Shown piece by piece: positions 1-8,648 of a stretch of DNA of 20,000 nucleotides (its first letter is position 1; each line of letters starts with the position of its first letter). Source of the stretch: an uncultured virus (IMG/VR IMGVR_UViG_2061766007_000582) (lineage: Duplodnaviria > Heunggongvirae > Uroviricota > Caudoviricetes); IMG/VR virus record IMGVR_UViG_2061766007_000582; one strand, written 5' to 3'. Below the pieces are notes generated by a model. That model worked only from the letters and a program-made list of their open reading frames with translations. It was not told the origin of the DNA and searched no databases. Made by a program: the position numbers and the translations under genes.

Positions 1-243
1 CTTGCTCCGAGTTTAAGGGGCAACCCTCGTGGTGTAAGCCTCAGTACAGTGCTTGCTAACGCCAATGCTCGTTACAGTGGCTCTACTCCTGATACTTCAA
101 GAGCCATGAGACAGCAACAGAGGCTTTCGACAATCATGGATTCCTATATCGCATCGAAGCAGTATCAGGATGCAGGTATCGGTAAGAACGTCCAGACTAT
201 CGTAACAATCATGGGTAAACGTACACCCTTATTCTTAAATTGA
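1..243 (+). CDS. 3' end of a virion structural gene, possibly tape measure (partial, starts before the window)
   Basis: Frame 1 is open from position 1 to TGA at 241-243, and the stop overlaps the RBS of the next gene. Product is guessed from position upstream of tail genes only. Confidence 0.45.
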   Translation, partial: LAPSLRGNPRGVSLSTVLANANARYSGSTPDTSRAMRQQQRLSTIMDSYIASKQYQDAGIGKNVQTIVTIMGKRTPLFLN

Positions 244-251
244 GGTGGATA

Positions 252-2333
252 ATGGCAGATACAACATACACAACTAAGTGCTATCTAAAGGGTAGTGTTC
301 AGACCTCGATTGACAATTCGGGGAATATTACGAAGAACTTCACTTGGATGGTGCTTAATGCAAACGAAACCAATACATTACTGGAATGGTTGGCGTTTCA
401 GGATTACGTAGAGACTGAATGGGCAGGTAAATCCGGCGATAACTGGAAGAAACCTATTCAGCAGTCTGGAAGCAAGGAATGTACTGCTTTTGATAGTACG
501 GACGATAGTTTCATTGTTGCAGACCTGACCATTGAAACACCTCCGGGCAGAACGCATGTTGAGGTTACTTATACCTGCACTGGAAACCCGAATAAAATCA
601 AGCACTTTACGGATGGCGGTCTTTCCATCAACTCTTCGGATGAGCGTACTAAATCCTTCAGTTTCAAATATGTTATTCCGGAAAAGCAGGTTACGCTTGG
701 TGATGATACTTGGACTGCACCTGATTTGGAGACGGTCGAAACTACTATTGACGGTCTTTTCAAGATAAACGATAATGTCACTTGGGCTGATTCTGAAGGT
801 CATACTTACGTTGTTGATAACGTTTCTGTAAATCAAGAATCTCCAAGTGTTTACAACGTCACTGTGTCCCTTAAAGACATGGCTAAGATGCGTGTCGGTC
901 TGATTTCCGTGAATGAAGATAGTTACGGACAGAAGACAATTTCGATTACTTGGCGGCTCTCTAAGGAAGAATATGACGAAACTGACCTGCCTAATTCCGG
1001 TGATGCTGTCGGTACTTGGGTTGGTGAGGGCTATGACGGTGTTGGTTATGACAATTACGTTGTGACTGGTGTTGAACATAGTCCTGACGGTAATCTCGGC
1101 TACCTTGTTACAATCAATGCAAAAGACACCACCTTTACCAGACTTCATACCCAGCGTGATTACAAGTGGAACGGTACAGGTCTTGAGAAATCAGCCAATG
1201 TTGTTTATCAGCTTCATAGCAAAGAGGACGCAGAACAGTTCCTCAATAATCTTGGTCGTGAAACGCTTGATGTTGATGGTGAATCGTTTACGGTAAGAGA
1301 CGCCAATATTACCCAAAGCGGTAAAGACGATTATGAGCTGTCCCTTTCGCTTTCTGATGATTTGACACCGCTTATTGTCAACATTGGTAGCAACACCCCT
1401 GATGATTTGGACAAGGATATTCAGGTTTCCATGACTTACGGTACTTTCAGGCTCACTTCTCATCAGTGCGGTCTGTTCCGTAGTCTGTCTAACCTTGCCT
1501 ACTATCCAATCAATAATCCGCCTAACACCAAATTCAACACACGGATTTTGGTTTCCGACCTGCAAGAAATGGACAGCAGATGGACAAACGCTATGCTGAA
1601 AAACATTATAACAAGCCCCAACCCTCGTATCGGTTTTTCTGACATTATAGCTTGTTATGACGGCAGTGACAATAAGGTGAAGAAAGAGCTGTGGAGTACA
1701 TATCCTGTTGGTGATGTGTCTGGTGTTGGCTCTAAATTTATCAATAGTTTTAAGCTGTCGCAGTATGTTTACCCACAGCCTACATTTACTGAATCTGCAT
1801 ACGGCGAGACACCAAAGTACAGCGAGTTCTTCGTTCCGTGGGTTGCTAAGAATGATTTGCTTGTTATTCCCGGTGGCAGTACGATTGAGGGTAGGATGCT
1901 TAATCTTGACCTCAGCAATTACCCGAAATATGACAACGGACTGGATAAAGCACTGCCTCAGAGGTGGTTAAACAGGAAGATACCTTACATGGATTGCACC
2001 GTTACCATGAACTATCGCGGAAACCTTCAGTCCAACATCAAAAAGAATTGGGATGATTACTTCCTGAAAGCAATCAAGCAAATCTGTAAGGAAGCCGAGC
2101 TGATTGGTAAAGATTCCAATTCCAACTTCAACAAATACTTTATGATGCCTTACGAAAAAGCCGCAAGGAATCATAGCCAATATCCACTTACCAGCTTCAA
2201 ACGCACTGGTATGTCTGTTCAGCGAATTATTGACACCAAGGGTCACGAATGGACACAAATCACAATGAACATTCAGGCTCTTTGTGGCGATTATTGGAAC
2301 TACAACTACAAAGATAAGGTTGACTTTGAATGA
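252..2333 (+). CDS. Putative tail tip/baseplate protein with about 4 tandem beta-rich modules
   Basis: ATG at 252 follows GAGGT (242-246). Acidic and T/D/S-rich. Repeated pattern such as SFIVADLTIE..HVEVTYTCT, TYVVDNVSVN..YNVTVSLKD, NYVVTGVEHS..YLVTINAKD, SFTVRDANIT..YELSLSLSDD. ATGA overlap with the next gene. Confidence 0.6.
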   Translation: MADTTYTTKCYLKGSVQTSIDNSGNITKNFTWMVLNANETNTLLEWLAFQDYVETEWAGKSGDNWKKPIQQSGSKECTAFDSTDDSFIVADLTIETPPGRTHVEVTYTCTGNPNKIKHFTDGGLSINSSDERTKSFSFKYVIPEKQVTLGDDTWTAPDLETVETTIDGLFKINDNVTWADSEGHTYVVDNVSVNQESPSVYNVTVSLKDMAKMRVGLISVNEDSYGQKTISITWRLSKEEYDETDLPNSGDAVGTWVGEGYDGVGYDNYVVTGVEHSPDGNLGYLVTINAKDTTFTRLHTQRDYKWNGTGLEKSANVVYQLHSKEDAEQFLNNLGRETLDVDGESFTVRDANITQSGKDDYELSLSLSDDLTPLIVNIGSNTPDDLDKDIQVSMTYGTFRLTSHQCGLFRSLSNLAYYPINNPPNTKFNTRILVSDLQEMDSRWTNAMLKNIITSPNPRIGFSDIIACYDGSDNKVKKELWSTYPVGDVSGVGSKFINSFKLSQYVYPQPTFTESAYGETPKYSEFFVPWVAKNDLLVIPGGSTIEGRMLNLDLSNYPKYDNGLDKALPQRWLNRKIPYMDCTVTMNYRGNLQSNIKKNWDDYFLKAIKQICKEAELIGKDSNSNFNKYFMMPYEKAARNHSQYPLTSFKRTGMSVQRIIDTKGHEWTQITMNIQALCGDYWNYNYKDKVDFE

Positions 2334-3331
2334 GCATACTTAGAGACAAGTACCAGACAGTAAGCCAGTTCTTCAAAGATGTAAAACGTGCTGTTGAGGA
2401 TGTAGCAACACGTCTTGCCAACGTTGAAGCAACAATGGATAACTTCGGGGGCGGCGGTATTCCTCAAGAAGAAGACCCACCGAACTATGAAGCAGGGGAA
2501 GGTATTGCGATTGAAGATGATGAAATCAGCCTGAATTACGATGGTCCATTTGCTGTTCACGTACATCACTATAATGAAGAAACACCTACTACAATGTACG
2601 TACAGGCAAATTCCGGGCGTATTATGATTGACCAGACTTCGGTGTTCTCTACTGCTCCGGCTGAGGGTGTTTATACGACATTAGGTTCTGGTCAGGTCAT
2701 GTGGTTAAAAGTTAACTTTGCTACAATGACAAGCATTACAACCGAATATTTGGCGGCGGCTGAGGATTTTTATACTGACACCCAGAGCGTCATTTATATT
2801 CGGCTTGCAAAAAACGTTGATGGTACGCTTCGTCAGTATCAGTTCGGTGACATAAAGTACAGACGGCAGGGTGTTTCCAAATTGTCCAACGTTGATAACA
2901 ACACTGCAAGAATCACAGGACAGGCAGGTTACATTGAGGGTACTGGTCCTCTTTCACTACAGGTTTACAGTGGCAGTACACCTACACCCCCCACACCCCC
3001 TGTTAGCAGTGGTGGGATGATGTTTCCGAATTACATGAACCTTGCTGACACTTCTCCATACGGTACTTCAATGTATGAGGGTGTTACCTATACGATGGGT
3101 AACGCAGGTTGGATTCGTTTTACTTGCTTTGGTACAACATTGGCTGGTGCTTGTGAGTTTATACACATCGACAACAATGCAATAGGTATGTATAAGGGTG
3201 GCGGTGGTGGTTATACTACATTCCTACCTGTCCACAGTGGTGCTGTTGTTTACTATACTGGTGGTGTTCCGTGTCTTGTTAAATTTGACGGTTATGCAAC
3301 AAGTGGCGGTACAACTTCCAGTACGGTGTAA
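2330..3331 (+). CDS. Putative tail fibre/tail-associated protein
   Basis: 333 aa: N-terminal coiled coil, YEAGEGIAIEDDEISL fibre-type motif, TPTPPTPP linker and a Gly-rich C-terminal beta domain (GVTYTMGNAGWIRF...FLPVHSG). Confidence 0.6.
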   Translation: MSILRDKYQTVSQFFKDVKRAVEDVATRLANVEATMDNFGGGGIPQEEDPPNYEAGEGIAIEDDEISLNYDGPFAVHVHHYNEETPTTMYVQANSGRIMIDQTSVFSTAPAEGVYTTLGSGQVMWLKVNFATMTSITTEYLAAAEDFYTDTQSVIYIRLAKNVDGTLRQYQFGDIKYRRQGVSKLSNVDNNTARITGQAGYIEGTGPLSLQVYSGSTPTPPTPPVSSGGMMFPNYMNLADTSPYGTSMYEGVTYTMGNAGWIRFTCFGTTLAGACEFIHIDNNAIGMYKGGGGGYTTFLPVHSGAVVYYTGGVPCLVKFDGYATSGGTTSSTV

Positions 3332-3369
3332 ATTTCCTGAAATAAACTATAATTATGTTGCAGATACAT

Positions 3370-3397
3370 TTGACTTTTAAGTTTTCCAAAGTATATT
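3370..3397 (+). promoter_or_regulatory. Putative sigma70-like promoter
   Basis: TTGACT (3370-3375), 16 nt, TATATT (3392-3397) in an AT-rich intergenic gap, followed by an AGGAGG RBS and ATG at 3420. Confidence 0.5.
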
Positions 3398-3419
3398 TAG
3401 ATACCAACAGGAGGACGAA

Positions 3420-4373
3420 ATGCAGAAAACATTAGTCAACATTGATATAAACACACGAAGTCAGATTACACAGACAGGGCAGTTTGTGAATCGACAGGCT
3501 GATTACGTGCGTATTGAACGTGCATCTTGGTCTGTCCTGTGCTTTCAGTTCTATGACAGGCAGATAACGGACGAGGGTGGTGTTGTTCTTACTCCGTACC
3601 CCATCACCAATCTTTCGTTGGAGCTTCTGGTTGATAATGACTTTACAACCGAAACGCCAGTGATGATTAAATCTGTTGCTTCGGCTACCGTATTCGNNNN
3701 NNNNNNNNNNNNNNNNNNNNNNNNNATTGCCGGAGACTGGATTGACGGCGGTAATGCAGACCCCCTTCTTGGTCAGGTTTCCATTCGTATTTATTCCGGC
3801 ACTGAACGTCTTGAACAGGAATTTCAGCCATCTGGAAGAACACCGCCATCTGAACTGAAAAGCTGTTACCTCAGTCTGCGTCAGAAAGACCTTGAGGTTG
3901 CAACAACTACACCTCTTGTATGGATTCCTGTTATTCCGTATAACACCATTCTTGAGGAAATGCCCACTGAATATGTGATACCGCCTACTGAGGTTCTTTC
4001 ACAGGCACTCGCGGCTTACTTTACTCAGCCATTCACACTCAGCTACGCACAAACGGCTGATGCGACAAATTGGCACAGTACACCACAACCTGACGATAAC
4101 TTCATGGTTTTCAATCTCGGTCAGGTTGGTGCGATTCCTTCTGCACATTCGGGTCCTCTTCCAATTCCGAAACGCAGTATTATCCGTTACAGTGTAGATG
4201 ATGACCCACAGAGTATGGACGATGTTCTTGAGGAACCAAACGCCAATACTTACTTTGTGGCAATCATCAGCACAATAAAGGATGAAGCGGACATCGAACT
4301 CAGTGATTTTCAAAACAAGTGGTATCAGGCAAGAGCTTATGCAACTGAACCTATTTGGCAAACTGGAAACTGA
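3420..4373 (+). CDS. Putative baseplate/fibre attachment protein (N gap 3697-3725)
   Basis: Strong RBS; lies between tail genes and the long fibre; the motif SYAQTADATNWHSTPQPDDNFM resembles phage tail protein motifs. Confidence 0.5.
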   Translation: MQKTLVNIDINTRSQITQTGQFVNRQADYVRIERASWSVLCFQFYDRQITDEGGVVLTPYPITNLSLELLVDNDFTTETPVMIKSVASATVFXXXXXXXXXXIAGDWIDGGNADPLLGQVSIRIYSGTERLEQEFQPSGRTPPSELKSCYLSLRQKDLEVATTTPLVWIPVIPYNTILEEMPTEYVIPPTEVLSQALAAYFTQPFTLSYAQTADATNWHSTPQPDDNFMVFNLGQVGAIPSAHSGPLPIPKRSIIRYSVDDDPQSMDDVLEEPNANTYFVAIISTIKDEADIELSDFQNKWYQARAYATEPIWQTGN

Positions 4374-4403
4374 TAACATATATTAAAATAAGGAGCTTTT
4401 ATT

Positions 4404-7400
4404 ATGGCTACTGGTTCCCCTGTTTCTTTCTGGTACGGTACTCGCGCACAGTTTGACAGTATCGCTACCAAACTCGACACAACACTCTATTTCATTACGG
4501 ACGAACAGGCTCTTTACAAGGGTTCTATCAAGTTCTCCGGCTCTGGTGTTGATACCCTGCTTTCCGTTGGTACTTCTGCTCCGGCATCCAATCAGCCGTA
4601 TGATAAGTATTTCAACACAAGCACTGGTCTCATTTACGTTCTGAGTGCTACTGGTTCTACTATTTCCAGTTACACCCCTGCAAATGGCGCACTGTATTAC
4701 AACGCCGATTCCCAGAGATTCATTACCCTTACTTACGACGGTTCTGCTTGGTCTGAAAACGACCTGTATGACGCAGGCATCAGTGTTGAGGACGGCACTG
4801 GTCTGTATCTGTCCGGCACTACTGTTGGCGGTCTTGATGCTACAACTTCCTCCAAGGGCGTTGTTCAGATTGGTTCAAACATCACCGTTTCCAATGGTCT
4901 GATTTCTGTTCCTATTGCCACCAATGCTGTTTTCGGCGTGGTCAAGACAGGAGACAACATCACAAATACCAATGGCGTTCTCTCTATTGCCAAAGCTACT
5001 GCATCTTCTCTTGGTGTTGTGAAGACTGGTACTCTTAGCGACACTGCGATTGGTATTGATGCAACAGCCAAGATTAGCGTTGCTGTCGCCAGTGCCTCTC
5101 AACGTGGTGCTGTCAAAATCGGCACTAACATCAATGTTGATGCAAACGGTGTTATCAGTGTCCCTATCGCAAGCAGTGGCACTATGGGTGTTGTCTCTGC
5201 TGGCGAAAACGTGAATAACCTCAATGGTATTCTTTCCGTCAGTAACGCAAGCACTACTTCTAAAGGCGTCATTAAGATTGCCTCTCCGTTCAGTTGCGAT
5301 TCCAGCGGTATTCTTGACATTGGTTACGCCTCCACATCCACAAAGGGTGTTATTAAAGTTGCCGCCCCATTCTCTGTTACTAACGGTGTTCTTGATATTG
5401 GTTACGCCTCCAATTCCGCTAAGGGTGTTGTCAAGATTGCCCTGCCTTTCAGTGTTTCGGATGGTGTTCTTGGTATTGCCAGTGCCACAGCATCCGCTAA
5501 AGGTGTTGTTCAGGTCGGTACAAACATTGACGTGAACTCCGGTGTTATTTCCGTCAAGACAGCTTCTACATCTGATAAGGGTGTTGTTCAGCTTCTCAAT
5601 AACCCTGCCAGTCTATCTTCTGAAACAACTGCTATCACCCCACATGCGGTAAGTCTTATTACAGAAGACCTCAATGCTTCTATCAACACCAAGCAGAATA
5701 CCCTCACACCCGGCTTCGACATTACACTTACCTCTGGTTCTACAATAAGTGTTCCTCGGTATCGTGATGTTGTGAACGTGACTGGTTCTTCCGTTACACT
5801 TCAGGCTGGTTACGCTTACAATATTCAGGCTACTACTGGCGCGAAGAAGCTGTTTACCGAGACCATTCCTTCCGGTCAGTTCGGTATGGAAGGTCACGCT
5901 GAAATCTACGTGACTGACACTGGTTACATTCAGACAGACACCAATGTTGTCCTTGTTGACGCTCTTGAACCGAACTCTGTAAATAACTGCACAATCCGCT
6001 TCCATAATGGTCTGTGCCTTATCAGCATTGAAGACCACGTTGCAGGTTACGTTGTTCGCACTGCCACAGGTACAGCTAACGGCTCCATTTACTATGGTAT
6101 GACCACTGACGCCAAAGAATATATCTCCGTTGATGCTTCTCTGAACGGACACCTGCTTGAAACGGATGAAGCTGTTATCACCATCAATAAGATGTTTGTT
6201 GGTAACGGTCAGGATGTTACTATCGTTGAAGGAGATATGACAGTCAATGCCGCCTTCTCGATGGTTGAATGCACTGTAAAGCCAATGAATATCTCCGGCA
6301 CTGGTTCGCTTGCTCTTGCCAACGCCGTTCTTGATTTCACTGATGCTACAAGTGCTGAACCTATCGGACTTACGGATGGTGTTAAGGTTGGTGCTAACGT
6401 TACGATTATTGACGGTGAAGGTGCTGAAAAACATCTTGACCCACGCACATACGGCACAATCAAGAAAGACGGTACTACTGAAGCCGCCAATTATGTTTAC
6501 GGTTATGCTCAGGGTCTTACTCAGGCTACCGCGAACTATGTTCCGATTGTGCTTTCCAATAACGTTATCAGCAAGGTTGATGCGCTTGACGCCTCCAAGA
6601 TGGCTTGCCATGAGCGTCGTGTTTGCGTTATGGACAATCTTTCTACTCGCCATATCAACTATTACCTGAATCCTGAGAACCTGAACAAGAAACTTGACGG
6701 CGGTGATGCTGTTCTTGACGGTACTGACGGTGATGTTATGACGGAGTTCATGCCCAGCTACTTCCTGAGCATCCAGCTTACTCCTCAGAACGATACTACA
6801 CCGCGTAACTGCATCCTCATGTCTCGTTATCCTTTCACATTCACTGACAGCAATAACGTTGAACATGTTGCGGTTATTCATGATTCGTTCAAGATTTCCC
6901 CGGATGGTGCTACTGTTCGTCCTCAGTACATGGGTTACTATCAGGCTTCCACCATCACTGACAATGGAACAAAGAAGCTCCGTTCTATCAGCTCCAAGAG
7001 TACAGCCTACATTTATCCTACCGTCAGCCTTAAACTCGGTCCTGTCGGTAATGACGCTGATACTGTTGACAGTTTCCTGAATCGTGCTATTGCCAATGGT
7101 GGTTCTGTCTGTAACGAACTGCATTACGAGTGGCTTTTCCATCTGTTTGTCTGCCAGAAGCTCACTGTTCATACACAGGACACCACTAAGGGTTCTCTCG
7201 GTTTCGGCTGGGCAAGCACTACATCTTGGGGTAGTTTCTATCCTCGTGCTTGCGGTTACACCAATGAGACGGAAAACTTCTACGGCGGTTCCACTTANNN
7301 NNNNNNNNNNNNNNNNNNNNNNNNNNNNNNNNNNNNNNNNNNNNNNNNNNNNNNNNNNNNNNNNNNNNNNNNNNNNNNNNNNNNNNNNNNNNNNNNNNNN

Positions 7401-8201
7401 NNNNNNNNNNNNNNNNNNNNNNNNNNNNNNNNNNNNNNNNNNNNNNNNNNNNNNNNNNNNNNNNNNNNNNNNNNNNNNNNNNNNNNNNNNNNNNNNNNNN
7501 NNNNNNNNNNNNNNNNNNNNNNNNNNNNNNNNNNNNNNNNNNNNNNNNNNNNNNNNNNNNNNNNNNNNNNNNNNNNNNNNNNNNNNNNNNNNNNNNNNNN
7601 NNNNNNNNNNNNNNNNNNNNNNNNNNNNGAATTGGGCTTATGTTTACACCAAAGCCTCTGACGGTATGCCAACCACTTCTACCAAGCTCTACACTGATGC
7701 GGCTTGCGAGACTGAATCTACACTGACAATTTCCAGNNNNNNNNNNNNNNNNNNNNNNNNNNNNNNNNNNNNNNNNNNNNCCGTGGGGTAGCATTTGGCA
7801 GAACCTCGCTGGTCTTCTCCCGATTTGCACTGGTGACAACATCGGTTACTTCCGTACAACAAGTACGAACCGCTACAAAGAGCTTCTCAAGGTTCCCATT
7901 AGTGAGGCTGGTACTTCTCGTGCCGCTTCCGAAGGTAATGCCGCTATTGATTGGGTTAGCTTCGCATGGCCCGCAACCTCAAACTGGGTCACTACATGGA
8001 ACATGGAGACCTTCTTGCCGACCAGTACAGGTACAAATGTGATGCAGGATTATTTCTATAATTCTACAACTGCAAGTCCTCGCGCTGGCCTCCGTGGTGG
8101 TNNNNNNNNNNNNNNNNNNNNNNNNNNNNNNNNNNNNNNNNNNNNNNNNNNNNNNNNNNNNNNNNNNNNNNNNNNNNNNNNNNNNNNNNNNNNNNNNNNN
8201 N
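4404..8201 (+). CDS. Long tail fibre/receptor-binding protein, DGR target with a C-terminal CLec-like domain (gaps 7298-7628, 7737-7780, 8102-8201; stop probably in or near the last gap)
   Basis: AAGGAG RBS; ten AS/TxxxKGVV repeats; LDGTDGDVMTE motif. After the gaps, 7781-8101 reads openly as PWGSIWQNLAG...DYFYNSTTASPRAGLRGG, resembling the GNxWEW...RGG signature of CLec-fold DGR targets. Frame changes coincide with N gaps. Confidence 0.85.
4836..5650 (+). repeat. Ten tandem ~26-31 aa fibre shaft repeats
   Basis: Examples: ATTSSKGVVQIGSNITVSNGLISVPI, ASTTSKGVIKIASPFSCDSSGILDIGY, ASTSTKGVIKVAAPFSVTNGVLDIGY, ASTSDKGVVQL. Resembles the ASTTxKGIVQL phage fibre repeat. Confidence 0.85.
8077..8201 (+). 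repeat. DGR variable repeat (VR); only 8077-8101 is sequenced
   Basis: TCCTCGCGCTGGCCTCCGTGGTGGT (8077-8101) matches TR 8379-8403 at 24/25 nt. The only mismatch is TR A8392 versus VR C8090. The flanking position is also A8378 versus G8076. Confidence 0.9.
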
Positions 8202-8234
8202 AACGAGAAAGAGATAGGGTGCGATGAACGAACG

Positions 8235-8314
8235 GACGAGAACGAGGACGTGGGGCGGTAAGTGGCAGGGAGGCTTTATGCCGACCGTAACGATAGCCCC
8301 TATCCTCGCTCGTC
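8235..8314. other. Long imperfect inverted repeat downstream of the VR
   Basis: GACGAG-aa-CGAGGAcgTGGGGC (8235-8256) pairs with GCCCCTATCCTCGCTCGTC (8296-8314). Inner CGGT/ACCG and GGCA/TGCC stems. Confidence 0.65.
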
Positions 8315-8318
8315 TAAT

Positions 8319-8347
8319 TCTGAAAATATTTAATCTTAGTATAAAAT
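8319..8347 (+). promoter_or_regulatory. Putative promoter for the TR-RT transcript
   Basis: AT-rich patch with a -10-like TAAAAT (8342-8347) and a weak -35 (CTGAAA, 8320-8325). The predicted start at about 8353-8355 coincides with the 5' arm of the TR-enclosing helix. Confidence 0.4.
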
Positions 8348-8354
8348 GTACTAA

Positions 8355-8648
8355 GGTGGGGTATATTGTGGACGGCTATCCTCGCGCTGGCATCCGTGGT
8401 GGTAACGCGAACAACAACTCCAACGATGGTTTGGGTTACGTCAACGTGAACAACGCTGTCGGCAATGCTAACGATAACATTGGGGCGCGGCTCTCTGCAT
8501 TTCTCTACAACTCTATGAGAAGTAGAAATGACACAGTATATTCCCATCACCGGACAGTAGGTGGCATAATGGACCGAATAGGAGTTAGTAAATTATCGTA
8601 TGATAAAGCTGAAAGCTCTCGGTTAAAAATGCAGACTGGATTAGCAAT
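8355..8648 (+). ncRNA. Predicted DGR RNA (5' arm, TR, ~145 nt structured spacer)
   Basis: 8355-8370 pairs with 8532-8548 (16 bp including G-U, one bulge). An AGUA/GAA loop-E-like hairpin lies at 8581-8620. Directly precedes the RT start. Confidence 0.6.
8378..8503 (+). repeat. DGR template repeat (TR)
   Basis: Reads PRAGIRGGNANNNSNDGLGYVNVNNAVGNANDNIGARLSAF with 11 AAC/AAT codons and a GC-rich GGGGCGCGG end, homologous to the VR. The 3' boundary is approximate. Confidence 0.93.

Noticed and set aside
2330..3331. Second DGR target
   Set aside because: No TR-like sequence seen at its 3' end or elsewhere in the sequenced part of the window.
5613..7172. 519-aa antisense ORF (also 378-1148 and 17714-18889)
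   Set aside because: Shadow ORFs opposite well-supported genes, explained by codon bias; no motifs.
7298..8003. Frameshifted fibre pseudogene or separate small ORFs (7084, 7833, 8003)
   Set aside because: Frame changes fall only at N gaps of uncertain length, and 7781-8101 is one open frame.
8202..8250. CRISPR-like repeats (AACGA units)
   Set aside because: Units are too short and irregular, with no spacer periodicity and no cas genes.
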